DNA from: Macrostomum hystrix
Taxonomy: Eukaryota > Animalia > Platyhelminthes
Assembly (NCBI GenBank): GCA_950097015.1
Contig: CATNEN010000039.1
Span: 17,298,001-17,362,000 of the forward strand
DNA: 64,000 nucleotides
Direction: 5' to 3'
Shown here: in pieces, positions 1 to 13,300 of the stretch
Numbering within the stretch: position 1 is the first letter of the stretch
Layout of the letters: each line of letters starts with the position of its first letter
The notes under the pieces: generated by a model
Told to the model about the DNA's origin: nothing
Seen by the model: the letters and a program-made list of their open reading frames with translations, nothing else
Database searches by the model: none
Position numbers and translations under genes: made by a program

Positions 1-80
1 GGGGAGAGGATGGAGAGAAGGGGAGAGGATGGAGAGAAATGGCAGAGGATGGAGAGAAAGCGGAGAGGATGGAGAGAGAG
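1..80. repeat. purine-rich ~20-bp minisatellite (GGAGAGGATGGAGAGAA..), truncated by the window edge
   Basis: About four visible units of ggagaggatggagagaa. Confidence 0.8.
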
Positions 81-689
81 TGGGTTTAGAAAGGAAAAAG
101 GATAAAGAGAAAAGGCATAGGGATTAGCAAAGGTGGGAAGATGCAGGAGTTGAGTTATAGTGACGATTGACAGGGCAAGGAAAGCTAGCAAGGGAAGAGG
201 ATTTGAAGCCAAAGCTGAGAGATGAAAAATGCGACCTGTCAACTGAAAGACAGGCGACACCAATATAAAATGAGAAAATTAACGAGTCACTGTTTCAGGG
301 CATGAGAGTATGACGTCAGAAGATATACTCGAATAGCAGAATAAATGCGAAGCTATAAGACACGCTAGGTTTTTGGTCGTCTCCACGCTAGAAAATGGAA
401 GACAGAAACACACACACAAACACACACATTATCCCCGCAAAAAATGGTTTCCTCTTTTGAGCGAGCAAAATACTCTGTCTCTCTCTCCCCCCTCAATTCC
501 TGCTTCACTCGGCACCCAGAGACGCATGGCAACGCGAGTCTATAGCCTCCAGTCCAACGCGTTAACTGCGAATCCCAGTTGAGGAAAAATGTATGATTCC
601 CCGAGGTAATAAGCTGGCTGCAGGCGAACACAGATATGGGACGTAGAGCGCCAAAAAATTTCACTGTTCTAGAATAGTACAGTAGGAAA

Positions 690-880
690 TGTAAAAATGG
701 GGTGTTGGGTCAATAACAGAAGAGTGTACAATGGGGTGGTGGGTTAAAAAGTGGAAAGTGTACATTGGGGTGGTGGGTTTAGAACTGGCGAGTGTACATT
801 GGGGTTTTGGTTTAGAAGGGGAAATGTACATAGGGGTGGTGGGTTTAGAACTGAAGAGTGTACATAAGGGGAACAATTTT
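690..880. repeat. degenerate ~34-bp minisatellite (GTGTACATTGGGGTGGTGGGTTTAGAA...)
   Basis: About 5 units with core gtgtacaNNggggtggtgggtttagaa. Confidence 0.75.
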
Positions 881-1048
881 GACAAAGAAATATTTCCGTA
901 GAAATTAAAAGTTAATTTTATATTTACGAATAAAGTTTATTTTCAAATCCATCACTTTTAAGCATGTTCATTAATATTAATGCCAGTCTAGATATTTCCT
1001 ATATAAAAAAGTTATATCGTCAACAATCCAGTTAAACAACGAATCTGC

Positions 1049-1588
1049 TCATAGAAATTTGACACCCTCATGACTGTCAAACATCATGATGACAGCTTGG
1101 CCATTTCGCTCCAGATGCTTCAGGGCCAATAGCAGGACGTCTTTGTCGAGGCCGTGAAACGGCTGGTCGATCGTATCGTCGCCGTCAGTGAGTTCGAACA
1201 GGGTGCAGACCGTATTAACAAGGCCGCGCTCTCTGGCATAGCCATAGACTAAAGCTGCCCATTGCTCGGTGGTTCGCCAGACAATCTTACAGCTGCGCCT
1301 GTCCTTGTCCAGCCATTCGAGATTGCCTCTCAGCTTCAAGTCGGCCAGAATGGCGTCTAGAAACGGGCGATTCAATCGGCGATTGATTCTGGGATTGTGA
1401 AACAGTGGACTAGACGCCAGGGCTTCATTAACATCCAGTGTGTGCAACTGTCTGTGCTTGCAGTAGGACAAAATGAGGCTGGACCATTGGTCTAATTGTT
1501 TTCGGCGAGTTTCCGCGTTCGGTTGCAGGGTGAAAAAAGGCGGAAATTCAAACACGGCTGGCCAAGGAAAATTATTGCCCGCTGACAT
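1049..1588 (-). CDS. VPS25: Vacuolar protein sorting 25 (ESCRT-II subunit), intronless CDS, 179 aa
   Basis: N-terminal FPWPAVFEFPPFFTLQPN (PPxY-like motifs), WRTTEQWA, NTVCTLFEL, C-terminal GVKF. Acceptor-like TTTCTTCAG ends at 1615. AATAAA on minus at 936-941. Confidence 0.96.
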   Translation of the reverse strand: MSAGNNFPWPAVFEFPPFFTLQPNAETRRKQLDQWSSLILSYCKHRQLHTLDVNEALASSPLFHNPRINRRLNRPFLDAILADLKLRGNLEWLDKDRRSCKIVWRTTEQWAALVYGYARERGLVNTVCTLFELTDGDDTIDQPFHGLDKDVLLLALKHLERNGQAVIMMFDSHEGVKFL

Positions 1589-1829
1589 TTGAATGCGCGC
1601 TCGTTGTTGAGCTTCTGAAGAAAGAGTTTGTTGTTGTGTGTTTGTTATCGGTTTGGAGATTCTGGCGTCGATATAACCTCCTTACAGGTCCTACAGGTAC
1701 AGTTACAGAGCTAGTCAAGGTCACGAGTACACTAAGGTGAACATGTGAAGTATGTACATGCGAAGGTCATGCTGATGTACATGCAGAGGTCGCATGCACA
1801 GGAGGGAAAACTGGAAAAGCTTGTCAATA

Positions 1830-2435
1830 TTGTCTGTACATTAGGGGGACGGAAACTGGGAAATTTTGTCAAGGTCGGTTGTACATTAGGGTGATGGAAA
1901 ACTCGGAGAGTTTGTTAAGGTCATTTGTACATTAGGGTGATGGAAAACTGGGAAATTTTGTCCAGGTCGGTTGTACATTAGGGTGATGGAAAACTGGGAA
2001 ATTTTGTCAAGGTCGGTTGTACATTAGGGTGATGGAAAACTGGGAAATTTTGTCAAGGTCGGTTGTACATTAGGGTGATGGAAAACTGGGAAATTTTGTC
2101 AAGGTCGGTTGTACATTAGGGTGATGGAAAACTGGGAGAGTTTGTCAAGGTTAGTTGTACATTAGGGTGATGGGAAACTGGGAGAGTTTGTCAAGGTCGG
2201 TTGTACATTAGGGTGATGGAAAACTGGGAAATTTTGTCAAGGTTAGTTGTACATTAGGGTGATGGAAAACTGGGAGAGTTTGTCAAGGTCAGTTGTACAT
2301 TAGGGTGATGGGAAACTGGGAGAGTTTGTCAAGGTCGGTTGTACATTAGGGTGATGGAAAACTGAGAGAGTTTGTCAAGGTCGGTTGTACATTAGGGTGA
2401 TGGAAAATGAGACGTGTTGTCAAGGTCGAATGTAC
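1830..2435. repeat. 46-bp minisatellite, each unit containing TTAGGG
   Basis: About 12 units of tgtacattagggtgatggaaaactgggaaattttgtcaaggtcggt. Confidence 0.9.
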
Positions 2436-3351
2436 ATGATGCAAGTGATTGCCAGTTTCAAGGACTTAGGATTTGTTGAAGGGGCTCGTTTTTACGGAGT
2501 TTAATTTGCTAGCTATATTCCGTCACTATGTTAACGGGTCAAAGGTGACAATGTAAGCTTTGAAATACGAAAGCAAACAATGTATATATAGCAAATAAAT
2601 TTACTTCTGAACAAGAGTACACAGGTAGGAAAGTGGCGTTTATTGATAAAAATCAAAGTAAGCATGTACACTGGTCAAAACAATTTTTATGCAGAAAAAT
2701 ATTAAAAAGGAGAGAAAAACAAGCAAGTGATAGATGAAGAAAAAAATCTAAGCCTGTTCAGCAGCACAAACCAGAACAGTTGAAAAAATAGCCGAAACAA
2801 TTAACACAGAACAAAACGGAAAACACAAAATGGGGAAAAAAATAAAAGCAATCCACTTTTGTCTACCTGCCAATTATTGATAATGCAGGTTAGATTAATT
2901 TTTTATAAAGAACGGAAATTGTTCAAGGACAATTGTTTATAATGTTCATTTAAAAAACGTTAATGCGTAAAAATAAAATCATTTCGATATAATGACACCG
3001 CAGTATTTATTTTTTATAATGTAACAAATCTTGTTTTCAAATAAAGCTAATATTAGGTTTTAGGTTACTTATAAACGTTTGGCTTACAAGAATAACATAA
3101 GAACAGAATTGCAAAGGCAGTACCAAAATGTGTAAATTAAAAAGATAATTAATTTAAAGAAATTAGTACTTTTTTATTACTCAAACTTAATGACGATGAT
3201 TATTGTAATGTAAATGGTAAGCATAGAAATTAAGAATATAGTTATATGCTAAGCGAGATTTACAAACACTAAATAGATAGTTAGAAATTATTTGAAATCA
3301 AGTTAGACAGATGTACAGCTGTTCTGCCCTAAATTTCAATCCATAAAATTT

Positions 3352-3422
3352 TTCCACTGTAGTCGGGAATCGAACCACCGACCGTTAGATTATTAGTCTT
3401 GGGGGTTCTAACCCCCATCCAT
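3352..3422 (-). mobile_element. degenerate tRNA-derived SINE head fragment (family B-like)
   Basis: Minus strand ...cggtcggtggttcgattcccgactacagtggaa matches the B-box region of the copies at 60275-60568 and 61633-61952. Confidence 0.5.
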
Positions 3423-3920
3423 GGCATATTGAGATTTTAGTCTGCCTGTGATTGCATAAGTACCAATACAGCACAGAAAAATCAATAATGTATTACTTAA
3501 CACTCATCCAAGACACAAATAGCCAGTATAGATCTCATATATTAAAGTACATTAACTTTTAGAACCTCTCTTCATTATATAAAAAGTGTTGAAATATTTT
3601 AAAATACAATCAGAAGACAACGATTAAGAGCTTTCATATTGTAACAATGCGACAGGGATATACTGACAAATGTTTAATATATGAAGCTATCGCTTATTTT
3701 TATGCTTATAACAGATACTGATTATCACTGGTAAAATAGGTAAAAACGTTTATTAAGGAAAACCAGCCAAAGTGACATTGTCTGACAATAGTTGTCAGCA
3801 AAATCTGCTCAGATAAATGTCATCAGGCTATACTCAGACAAATTTATAATTTACTAAATTAGACAGTTTTGTCTGAAAAAAAACAAAATGTTGTGGATAA
3901 TGTACAACAAATATGAGAAT

Positions 3921-4225
3921 TCTAGTCAGGAAATGATCTTGTCAGGAAAGATCTTGTCAGGAAATGATCTTGTCATGATATTCTAGTCAGGAAATGATCT
4001 TGTCAGGAAAGATCTTGTCAGGAAATGATCTTGTCATGATATTCTAGTTAGGAAATGATCTTGTCAAGATATTCTAGTCAGGAAATGATCTTGTCAGGAA
4101 AGATCTTGTCAGGAAATGATCTTGTCATGATATTCTAGTTAGGAAATGATCTTGTCAGGAAAGATCTTGTCAGGAAATGATCTTGTCATGATATTCTAGT
4201 TAGGAAATGATCTTGTCAGGATTGT
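3921..4225. repeat. 15/16-bp minisatellite (TCAGGAAATGATCTTG) with a ~62-bp higher-order unit
   Basis: Repeated gtcaggaaatgatctt / gtcaggaaagatctt / gtcatgatattcta blocks. Confidence 0.85.
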
Positions 4226-4346
4226 CTTGTAGGGAAGATATTTAGGAAAAATATAGGCAATTTAATTTTATCTGAGAAAAGTTAGTCAAAAAACCGAGAA
4301 TGAAAATTGATTCTCACAGACCAGGATCTCATCCCAACGCACACAG

Positions 4347-7300
4347 TCAAGGCCCATAGTACGGAGGCGGGGCGCTAGCGTTCAGCATTGGCGCCTGCGG
4401 CTGTACACCGGCATCGAAGCCGCTAGGCGGGTAGGGCTGAAACGGCTGCTGAGCTCGCTCAACAGGTGGGCCAGCCTTGATGCCTCGCTTACGCATCCAC
4501 TGGCAGAGCTGGTCGGGAAGCTCTTCCAGTACAGCCTTGGTCAGGGCGGATTTAGCCAACTCGGACGGATTATCGGCTCTAAAGAAATCCCTGAGCGGCA
4601 CAAACTGTACAATGTCGGCTTCGGCTATTAGGCCGCCGATTTGCAGCCTCTTATTGTCGGCGTCCAATTCTTCCATGGCGCTGAAATCTTCCCGACCAAC
4701 GCCGACAATAATGATTGACATGGGCAAACGACTGGCCTCTATAATGCTCAGCTTGGTATCATAGAAATCCGTTATAATACCATCGGTAATGATAAGCAAT
4801 ACAAAATACTGCCGGCCGGTCTGATTGGCCTGGGCCAGCTGCATCACGTGACGTATGATGGGAGAGAAATTGGTCGGCCCATAGAGTGTGACGCAGCGCA
4901 GGCAGGATCTGTAGGCGGACAACAGGCCGGCCAATCCGGCGCATAACGGATTGGTCTCATTGAAGGTCAGCGGGAAGCAGTGACTAACGTCGCCTCGCGG
5001 CGGCACCCGAGCGCCGAAGCCGAACGCGGGGAAAGCTCGCCTATAATCGTAGTCCTGAACTATTTCGCCAACGGATGTGACGGCCAGTTCGTATTGATTT
5101 AAGCGGCCGGATGGGTCGATGTAGTGCAGCGACTGGGGCGTGGCCGGGTTGCCATTTGAGGCGGTGAAATCCACGCCAACAGTGAAGAGCAGCTCGCAGC
5201 CGCCTTGAATATAATCAACGAATGTGTCCTCCACGATGATGTCAAGGCGTTGAAATACTAGATGACCGGCTGGCTTATTCCGGCGAGAGGTTAATACGAA
5301 ACGGGCACCGGTCGCATTGCTGCTGGCACCCTGCGGGGTATAGGAAGAGAACGGTTATGGGATTGGGGAACGACGGGGAAGAGTGACAGATCTATGAGAA
5401 CAATGGGGAAGAGTGACAGATCTATGAGAACAATGGGTAGAGTGACAGATCTATGGGAACAATGGGTAGAGTGACAGATCTATGGGAACAATAGGTAGAG
5501 TGACAGATCTATGGGAACAATGGGTAGAGTGACAGATCTATGGGAACAATGGGTAGAGTGACAGATCTATGGGAACAATGGGTAGAGTGACAGATCTATG
5601 AGAACAATGGGCAGAGTGACAGATCTATGAGAACAATGGGTAAGAGTGACAGATGTGAGGATTTGGAAACAATGGGAAAAAAGAGTGATAGACATGACAG
5701 ATAATTGAATAAAAGCGAGCTAGTACTCACCCGAGAAGCATTTGAGTTGCCGTACTCTCTCAGAATTTCAGTCACAGAGGCGTAGAAAGTGCCAATATGC
5801 GAGTGCTTCATTCGCTTATTCCAATCGATGCAATCCCAGCGCAATATGAGATTCTTGTTGCCATTGCACAGCTGAGATAGTTTTAGGAGGGCCGACTGCC
5901 AGCTGGGATTCAAAGTCTTGCGGATAAACTCGGATCTGGCCATGATGGGAGAGGATAGTGGGAAAAACATAATCAAATTTTATCCCTTTCGATTCCAGCG
6001 GAGCTAGGGATTTGTAAACTGAGGAGACCGAGCAAAATGTTCCGATTCTCTTCAGGATGGGAAGACAATTCTCTTCTGGATGGGAAGACAATTCTCTTCC
6101 GGATGGGAAGACGATTCTCTTCTGGATGGGAAGACGATTCTCTTCAGGATGGGAAGACGATTCTCTTCGGATGGGAAGACAATTCTCTTCTGGATGGGAA
6201 GACAATTCTCTTCAGGATGGGAAGACGATTCTCTTCTGGATGGGAAGACGATTCTCTTCTGGATGGGAAGACAATTCTCTTCCGGATGGGAAGACGATTC
6301 TCTTCTGGATGGGAAGACGATTCTCTTCAGGATGGGAAGACGATTCTCTTCGGATGGGAAGACAATTCTCTTCTGGATGGGAAGACAATTCTCTTCAGGA
6401 TGGGAAGACGATTCTCTTCTGGATGGGAAGACGATTCTCTTCTGGATGGGAAGACAATTCTCTTCTGGATGGGAAGACAATTCTCTTCTGGATGGGAAGA
6501 CAATTCTCTTCTGGATGGGAAGACGATTCTCTTCAGGATGGGAAGACAATTCTCTTCTGGATGGGAAGACAATTCTCTTCTGGATGGGAAGACGATTCTC
6601 TTCTGGATGGGAAGACAATTCTCTTCTGGATGGGAAGACGATTCTCTTCTGGATGGGAAGACAATTCTCTTCTGGATGGGAAGACAATTCTCTTCTGGAT
6701 GGGAAGACAATTCTCTTCTGGATGGGAAGACAATTCTCTTCTGGATGGGAAGACGATTCTTTTCTGGATGGGAAGACAATTCTCTTCAGGATGGGAAGAC
6801 GATTCTCTTCTGGATGGGAAGACAATTCTCTACCGGATGGGAAGATGCTTCTCTTCTGGATGGGAAGACAATTCTCTTCTGGATGGGAAGACGATTCTCT
6901 TCTGGATGGGAAGACAATTCTCTTCTGGATGGGAAGACGATTCTTTTCTGGATGGGAAGACAATTCTCTTCAGGATGGGAAGACGATTCTCTTCTGGATG
7001 GGAAGACAATTCTCTTCTGGATGGGAAGACGATTCTCTTCTGGATGGGAAGATGATTCTCTTCTGGATGGGAAGACAATTCTCTTCTGGATGGGAAGACA
7101 ATTCTCTTCTGGATGGGAAGACGATTCTCTTCAGGATGGGAAGACAATTCTCTTCTGGATGGGATAACGATTCTCTTCTGGATGGGAAGACAATTCTCTT
7201 CTGGATGGGAAGACAATTCTCTTCTGGATGGGAAGACGATTCTCTTCTGGATGGGAAGACGATTCTCTTCTGGATGGGAAGATGATTCTCTTCTGGATGG

Positions 7301-10300
7301 GAAGACGATTCTCTTCAGGATGGGAAGACAATTCTCTTCTGGATGGGAAGACGATTCTCTTCTGGATGGGAAGACGATTCTCTTCTGGATGGGAAGACAA
7401 TTCTCTTCAGGATGGGAAGACAATTCTCTTCCGGATGGGAAGACAATTCTCTTCTGGATGGGAAGACGATTCTCTTCTGGATGGGAAGACAATTCTCTTC
7501 AGGATGGGAAGACGATTCTCTTCTGGATGGGATAACGATTCTCTTCTGGATGGGAAGACGATTCTCTTCTGGATGGGAAGACGATTCTCTTCTGGATGGG
7601 AAGACAATTCTCTTCTGGATGGGAAGACGATTCTCTTCTGGATGGGAAGATGATTCTCTTCTGGATGGGAAGACGATTCTCTTCAGGATGGGAAGACAAT
7701 TCTCTTCTGGATGGGAAGACGATTCTCTTCTGGATGGGAAGACGATTCTCTTCTGGATGGGAAGACAATTCTCTTCAGGATGGGAAGACAATTCTCTTCC
7801 GGATGGGAAGACAATTCTCTTCTGGATGGGAAGACGATTCTCTTCTGGATGGGAAGACAATTCTCTTCAGGATGGGAAGACGATTCTCTTCTGGATGGGA
7901 TAACGATTCTCTTCTGGATGGGAAGACGATTCTCTTCTGGATGGGAAGACGATTCTCTTCTGGATGGGAAGACAATTCTCTTCTGGATGGGAAGACAATT
8001 CTCTTCTGGATGGGAAGACGATTCTCTTCTGGATGGGAAGACAATTCTCTTCAGGATGGGAAGACGATTCTCTTCTGGATGGGATAACGATTCTCTTCTG
8101 GATGGGAAGACGATTCTCTTCTGGATGGGAAGACGATTCTCTTCTGGATGGGAAGACGATTCTCTTCTGGATGGGAAGACAATTCTCTTCTGGATGGGAA
8201 GACGATTCTCTTCCGGATGGGAAGACGATTCTCTTCCGAATGGGTAGACGATTCTCTGCTGGATGGGAAGACGATTCTCTGCTGGATGGGAAGACGATTC
8301 TCTACCGGATGGGAAGACGATTCTCTACCGGATGGGAAGATGATTCTTTCCGGATGGGAAGACGATTCTCTACCGGATGGGAAGACGATTCTCTTCCGGA
8401 TGGGAAGACGATTCTCTACCGGATGGGAAGACGATTCTCTTCCGGATGGGAAGATGATTCTTTCCGGATGGGAAGACGATTCTCTACCGGATGGGAAGAC
8501 GATTCTCTGCTGGATGGGAAGACGATTCTCTTCTGGATGGGAAGACGATTCTCTTCTGGATGGGAAGACGATTCTCTTCTGGATGGGAAGACGATTCTCT
8601 TCTGGATGGGAAGACGATTCTCTTCTGGATGGGAAGACGATTCTTTTCTGGATGGGAAGATGCTTCTCTTCTGGATGGGAAGACGATTCTCTTCCGGATG
8701 GGAAGACGATTCTCTACCGGATGGGAAGATGATTCTCTTCTGGATGGGAAGACGATTCTCTTCTGGATGGGAAGACGATTCTTTTCTGGATGGGAAGATG
8801 ATTCTCTTCTGGATGGGAAGACGATTCTCTTCTGGATCGGAAGATGATTCTCTTCTGGATGGGAAGACGATTCTCTACCGGATGGGAAGATGATTCTCTT
8901 TTGGATGGGAAGACGATTCTTTTCTGGATGGGAAGACGATTCTCTTCTGGATGGGAAGATGATTCTCTTCTGGATGGGAAGACGATTCTCTACCGGATGG
9001 GAAGATGATTCTCTTCTGGATGGGAAGACGATTCTCTTCTGGATGGGAAGACGATTCTCTTCAGGATGGGAAGACAATTCTCTTCCGGATGGGAAGACAA
9101 TTCTCTTCAGGATGGGAAGACGATTCTCTTCTGGATGGGAAGACAATTCTCTACCGGATGGGAAGATGCTTCTCTTCTGGATGGGAAGACAATTCTCTTC
9201 TGGATGGGAAGACGATTCTCTTCTGGATGGGAAGACAATTCTCTTCTGGATGGGAAGACGATTCTTTTCTGGATGGGAAGACAATTCTCTTCAGGATGGG
9301 AAGACGATTCTCTTCTGGATGGGAAGACAATTCTCTTCTGGATGGGAAGACGATTCTCTTCTGGATGGGAAGATGATTCTCTTCTGGATGGGAAGACAAT
9401 TCTCTTCTGGATGGGAAGACAATTCTCTTCTGGATGGGAAGACGATTCTCTTCAGGATGGGAAGACAATTCTCTTCTGGATGGGATAACGATTCTCTTCT
9501 GGATGGGAAGACAATTCTCTTCTGGATGGGAAGACAATTCTCTTCTGGATGGGAAGACGATTCTCTTCTGGATGGGAAGACGATTCTCTTCTGGATGGGA
9601 AGATGATTCTCTTCTGGATGGGAAGACGATTCTCTTCAGGATGGGAAGACAATTCTCTTCTGGATGGGAAGACGATTCTCTTCTGGATGGGAAGACGATT
9701 CTCTTCTGGATGGGAAGACAATTCTCTTCAGGATGGGAAGACAATTCTCTTCCGGATGGGAAGACAATTCTCTTCTGGATGGGAAGACGATTCTCTTCTG
9801 GATGGGAAGACAATTCTCTTCAGGATGGGAAGACGATTCTCTTCTGGATGGGATAACGATTCTCTTCTGGATGGGAAGACGATTCTCTTCTGGATGGGAA
9901 GACGATTCTCTTCTGGATGGGAAGACAATTCTCTTCTGGATGGGAAGACGATTCTCTTCTGGATGGGAAGATGATTCTCTTCTGGATGGGAAGACGATTC
10001 TCTTCAGGATGGGAAGACAATTCTCTTCTGGATGGGAAGACGATTCTCTTCTGGATGGGAAGACGATTCTCTTCTGGATGGGAAGACAATTCTCTTCAGG
10101 ATGGGAAGACAATTCTCTTCCGGATGGGAAGACAATTCTCTTCTGGATGGGAAGACGATTCTCTTCTGGATGGGAAGACAATTCTCTTCAGGATGGGAAG
10201 ACGATTCTCTTCTGGATGGGATAACGATTCTCTTCTGGATGGGAAGACGATTCTCTTCTGGATGGGAAGACGATTCTCTTCTGGATGGGAAGACAATTCT

Positions 10301-13300
10301 CTTCTGGATGGGAAGACGATTCTCTTCTGGATGGGAAGACGATTCTCTTCTGGATGGGAAGACAATTCTCTTCAGGATGGGAAGACGATTCTCTTCTGGA
10401 TGGGATAACGATTCTCTTCTGGATGGGAAGACGATTCTCTTCTGGATGGGAAGACGATTCTCTTCTGGATGGGAAGACGATTCTCTTCTGGATGGGAAGA
10501 CAATTCTCTTCTGGATGGGAAGACGATTCTCTTCCGGATGGGAAGACGATTCTCTTCCGAATGGGTAGACGATTCTCTGCTGGATGGGAAGACGATTCTC
10601 TGCTGGATGGGAAGACGATTCTCTACCGGATGGGAAGACGATTCTCTACCGGATGGGAAGATGATTCTTTCCGGATGGGAAGACGATTCTCTACCGGATG
10701 GGAAGACGATTCTCTTCCGGATGGGAAGACGATTCTCTACCGGATGGGAAGACGATTCTCTTCCGGATGGGAAGATGATTCTTTCCGGATGGGAAGACGA
10801 TTCTCTACCGGATGGGAAGACGATTCTCTGCTGGATGGGAAGACGATTCTCTTCTGGATGGGAAGACGATTCTCTTCTGGATGGGAAGACGATTCTCTTC
10901 TGGATGGGAAGACGATTCTCTTCTGGATGGGAAGACGATTCTCTTCTGGATGGGAAGACGATTCTTTTCTGGATGGGAAGATGCTTCTCTTCTGGATGGG
11001 AAGACGATTCTCTTCCGGATGGGAAGACGATTCTCTACCGGATGGGAAGATGATTCTCTTCTGGATGGGAAGACGATTCTCTTCTGGATGGGAAGACGAT
11101 TCTTTTCTGGATGGGAAGATGATTCTCTTCTGGATGGGAAGACGATTCTCTTCTGGATCGGAAGATGATTCTCTTCTGGATGGGAAGACGATTCTCTACC
11201 GGATGGGAAGATGATTCTCTTTTGGATGGGAAGACGATTCTTTTCTGGATGGGAAGACGATTCTCTTCTGGATGGGAAGATGATTCTCTTCTGGATGGGA
11301 AGACGATTCTCTACCGGATGGGAAGATGATTCTCTTCTGGATGGGAAGACGATTCTCTTCTGGATGGGAAGACGATTCTCTTCAGGATGGGAAGACAATT
11401 CTCTTCTGGATGGGAAGACAATTCTCTTCTGGATGGGAAGACGATTCTCTTCTGGATGGGAAGACAATTCTCTTCAGGATGGGAAGACGATTCTCTTCTG
11501 GATGGGATAACGATTCTCTTCTGGATGGGAAGACGATTCTCTTCTGGATGGGAAGACGATTCTCTTCTGGATGGGAAGACAATTCTCTTCTGGATGGGAA
11601 GACGATTCTCTTCTGGATGGGAAGACGATTCTCTTCTGGATGGGAAGACAATTCTCTTCAGGATGGGAAGACGATTCTCTTCTGGATGGGATAACGATTC
11701 TCTTCTGGATGGGAAGACGATTCTCTTCTGGATGGGAAGACGATTCTCTTCTGGATGGGAAGACGATTCTCTTCTGGATGGGAAGACAATTCTCTTCTGG
11801 ATGGGAAGACGATTCTCTTCCGGATGGGAAGACGATTCTCTTCCGAATGGGTAGACGATTCTCTGCTGGATGGGAAGACGATTCTCTGCTGGATGGGAAG
11901 ACGATTCTCTACCGGATGGGAAGACGATTCTCTACCGGATGGGAAGATGATTCTTTCCGGATGGGAAGACGATTCTCTACCGGATGGGAAGACGATTCTC
12001 TTCCGGATGGGAAGACGATTCTCTACCGGATGGGAAGACGATTCTCTTCCGGATGGGAAGATGATTCTTTCCGGATGGGAAGACGATTCTCTACCGGATG
12101 GGAAGACAATTCTCTTCTGGATGGGATAACGATTCTCTTCTGGATGGGAAGACGATTCTCTTCTGGATGGGAAGACGATTCTCTTCTGGATGGGAAGACG
12201 ATTCTCTTCTGGATGGGAAGACGATTCTCTTCTGGATGGGAAGATGATTCTCTTCTGGATGGGAAGACGATTCTCTTCAGGATGGGAAGACAATTCTCTT
12301 CTGGATGGGAAGACGATTCTCTTCTGGATGGGAAGACGATTCTCTTCTGGATGGGAAGACAATTCTCTTCAGGATGGGAAGACAATTCTCTTCCGGATGG
12401 GAAGACAATTCTCTTCTGGATGGGAAGACGATTCTCTTCTGGATGGGAAGACAATTCTCTTCAGGATGGGAAGACGATTCTCTTCTGGATGGGATAACGA
12501 TTCTCTTCTGGATGGGAAGACGATTCTCTTCTGGATGGGAAGACGATTCTCTTCTGGATGGGAAGACAATTCTCTTCTGGATGGGAAGACGATTCTCTTC
12601 TGGATGGGAAGATGATTCTCTTCTGGATGGGAAGACGATTCTCTTCAGGATGGGAAGACAATTCTCTTCTGGATGGGAAGACGATTCTCTTCTGGATGGG
12701 AAGACGATTCTCTTCTGGATGGGAAGACGATTCTCTTCTGGATGGGAAGACGATTCTCTTCTGGATGGGAAGACAATTCTCTTCTGGATGGGAAGACGAT
12801 TCTCTTCTGGATGGGAAGACAATTCTCTTCTGGATGGGAAGACGATTCTCTTCCGGATGGGAAGACGATTCTCTTCCGAATGGGTAGACGATTCTCTGCT
12901 GGATGGGAAGACGATTCTCTGCTGGATGGGAAGACGATTCTCTACCGGATGGGAAGACGATTCTCTACCGGATGGGAAGATGATTCTTTCCGGATGGGAA
13001 GACGATTCTTTTCTGGATGGGAAGACGATTCTCTTCCGGATGGGAAGACGATTCTCTTCCGAATGGGTAGACGATTCTCTTCCGGATGGGAAGACAATTC
13101 TCTTCCGGATGGGAAGACGATTCTCTTCCGAATGGGTAGACGATTCTCTGCTGGATGGGAAGACGATTCTCTGCTGGATGGGAAGACGATTCTCTACCGG
13201 ATGGGAAGACGATTCTCTTCCGGATGGGAAGATGATTCTTTCCGGATGGGAAGACGATTCTCTACCGGATGGGAAGACGATTCTCTGCTGGATGGGAAGA

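Noticed and set aside
1830-2435. Interstitial telomere
   Set aside because: Only one TTAGGG per 46-bp unit, not tandem hexamers
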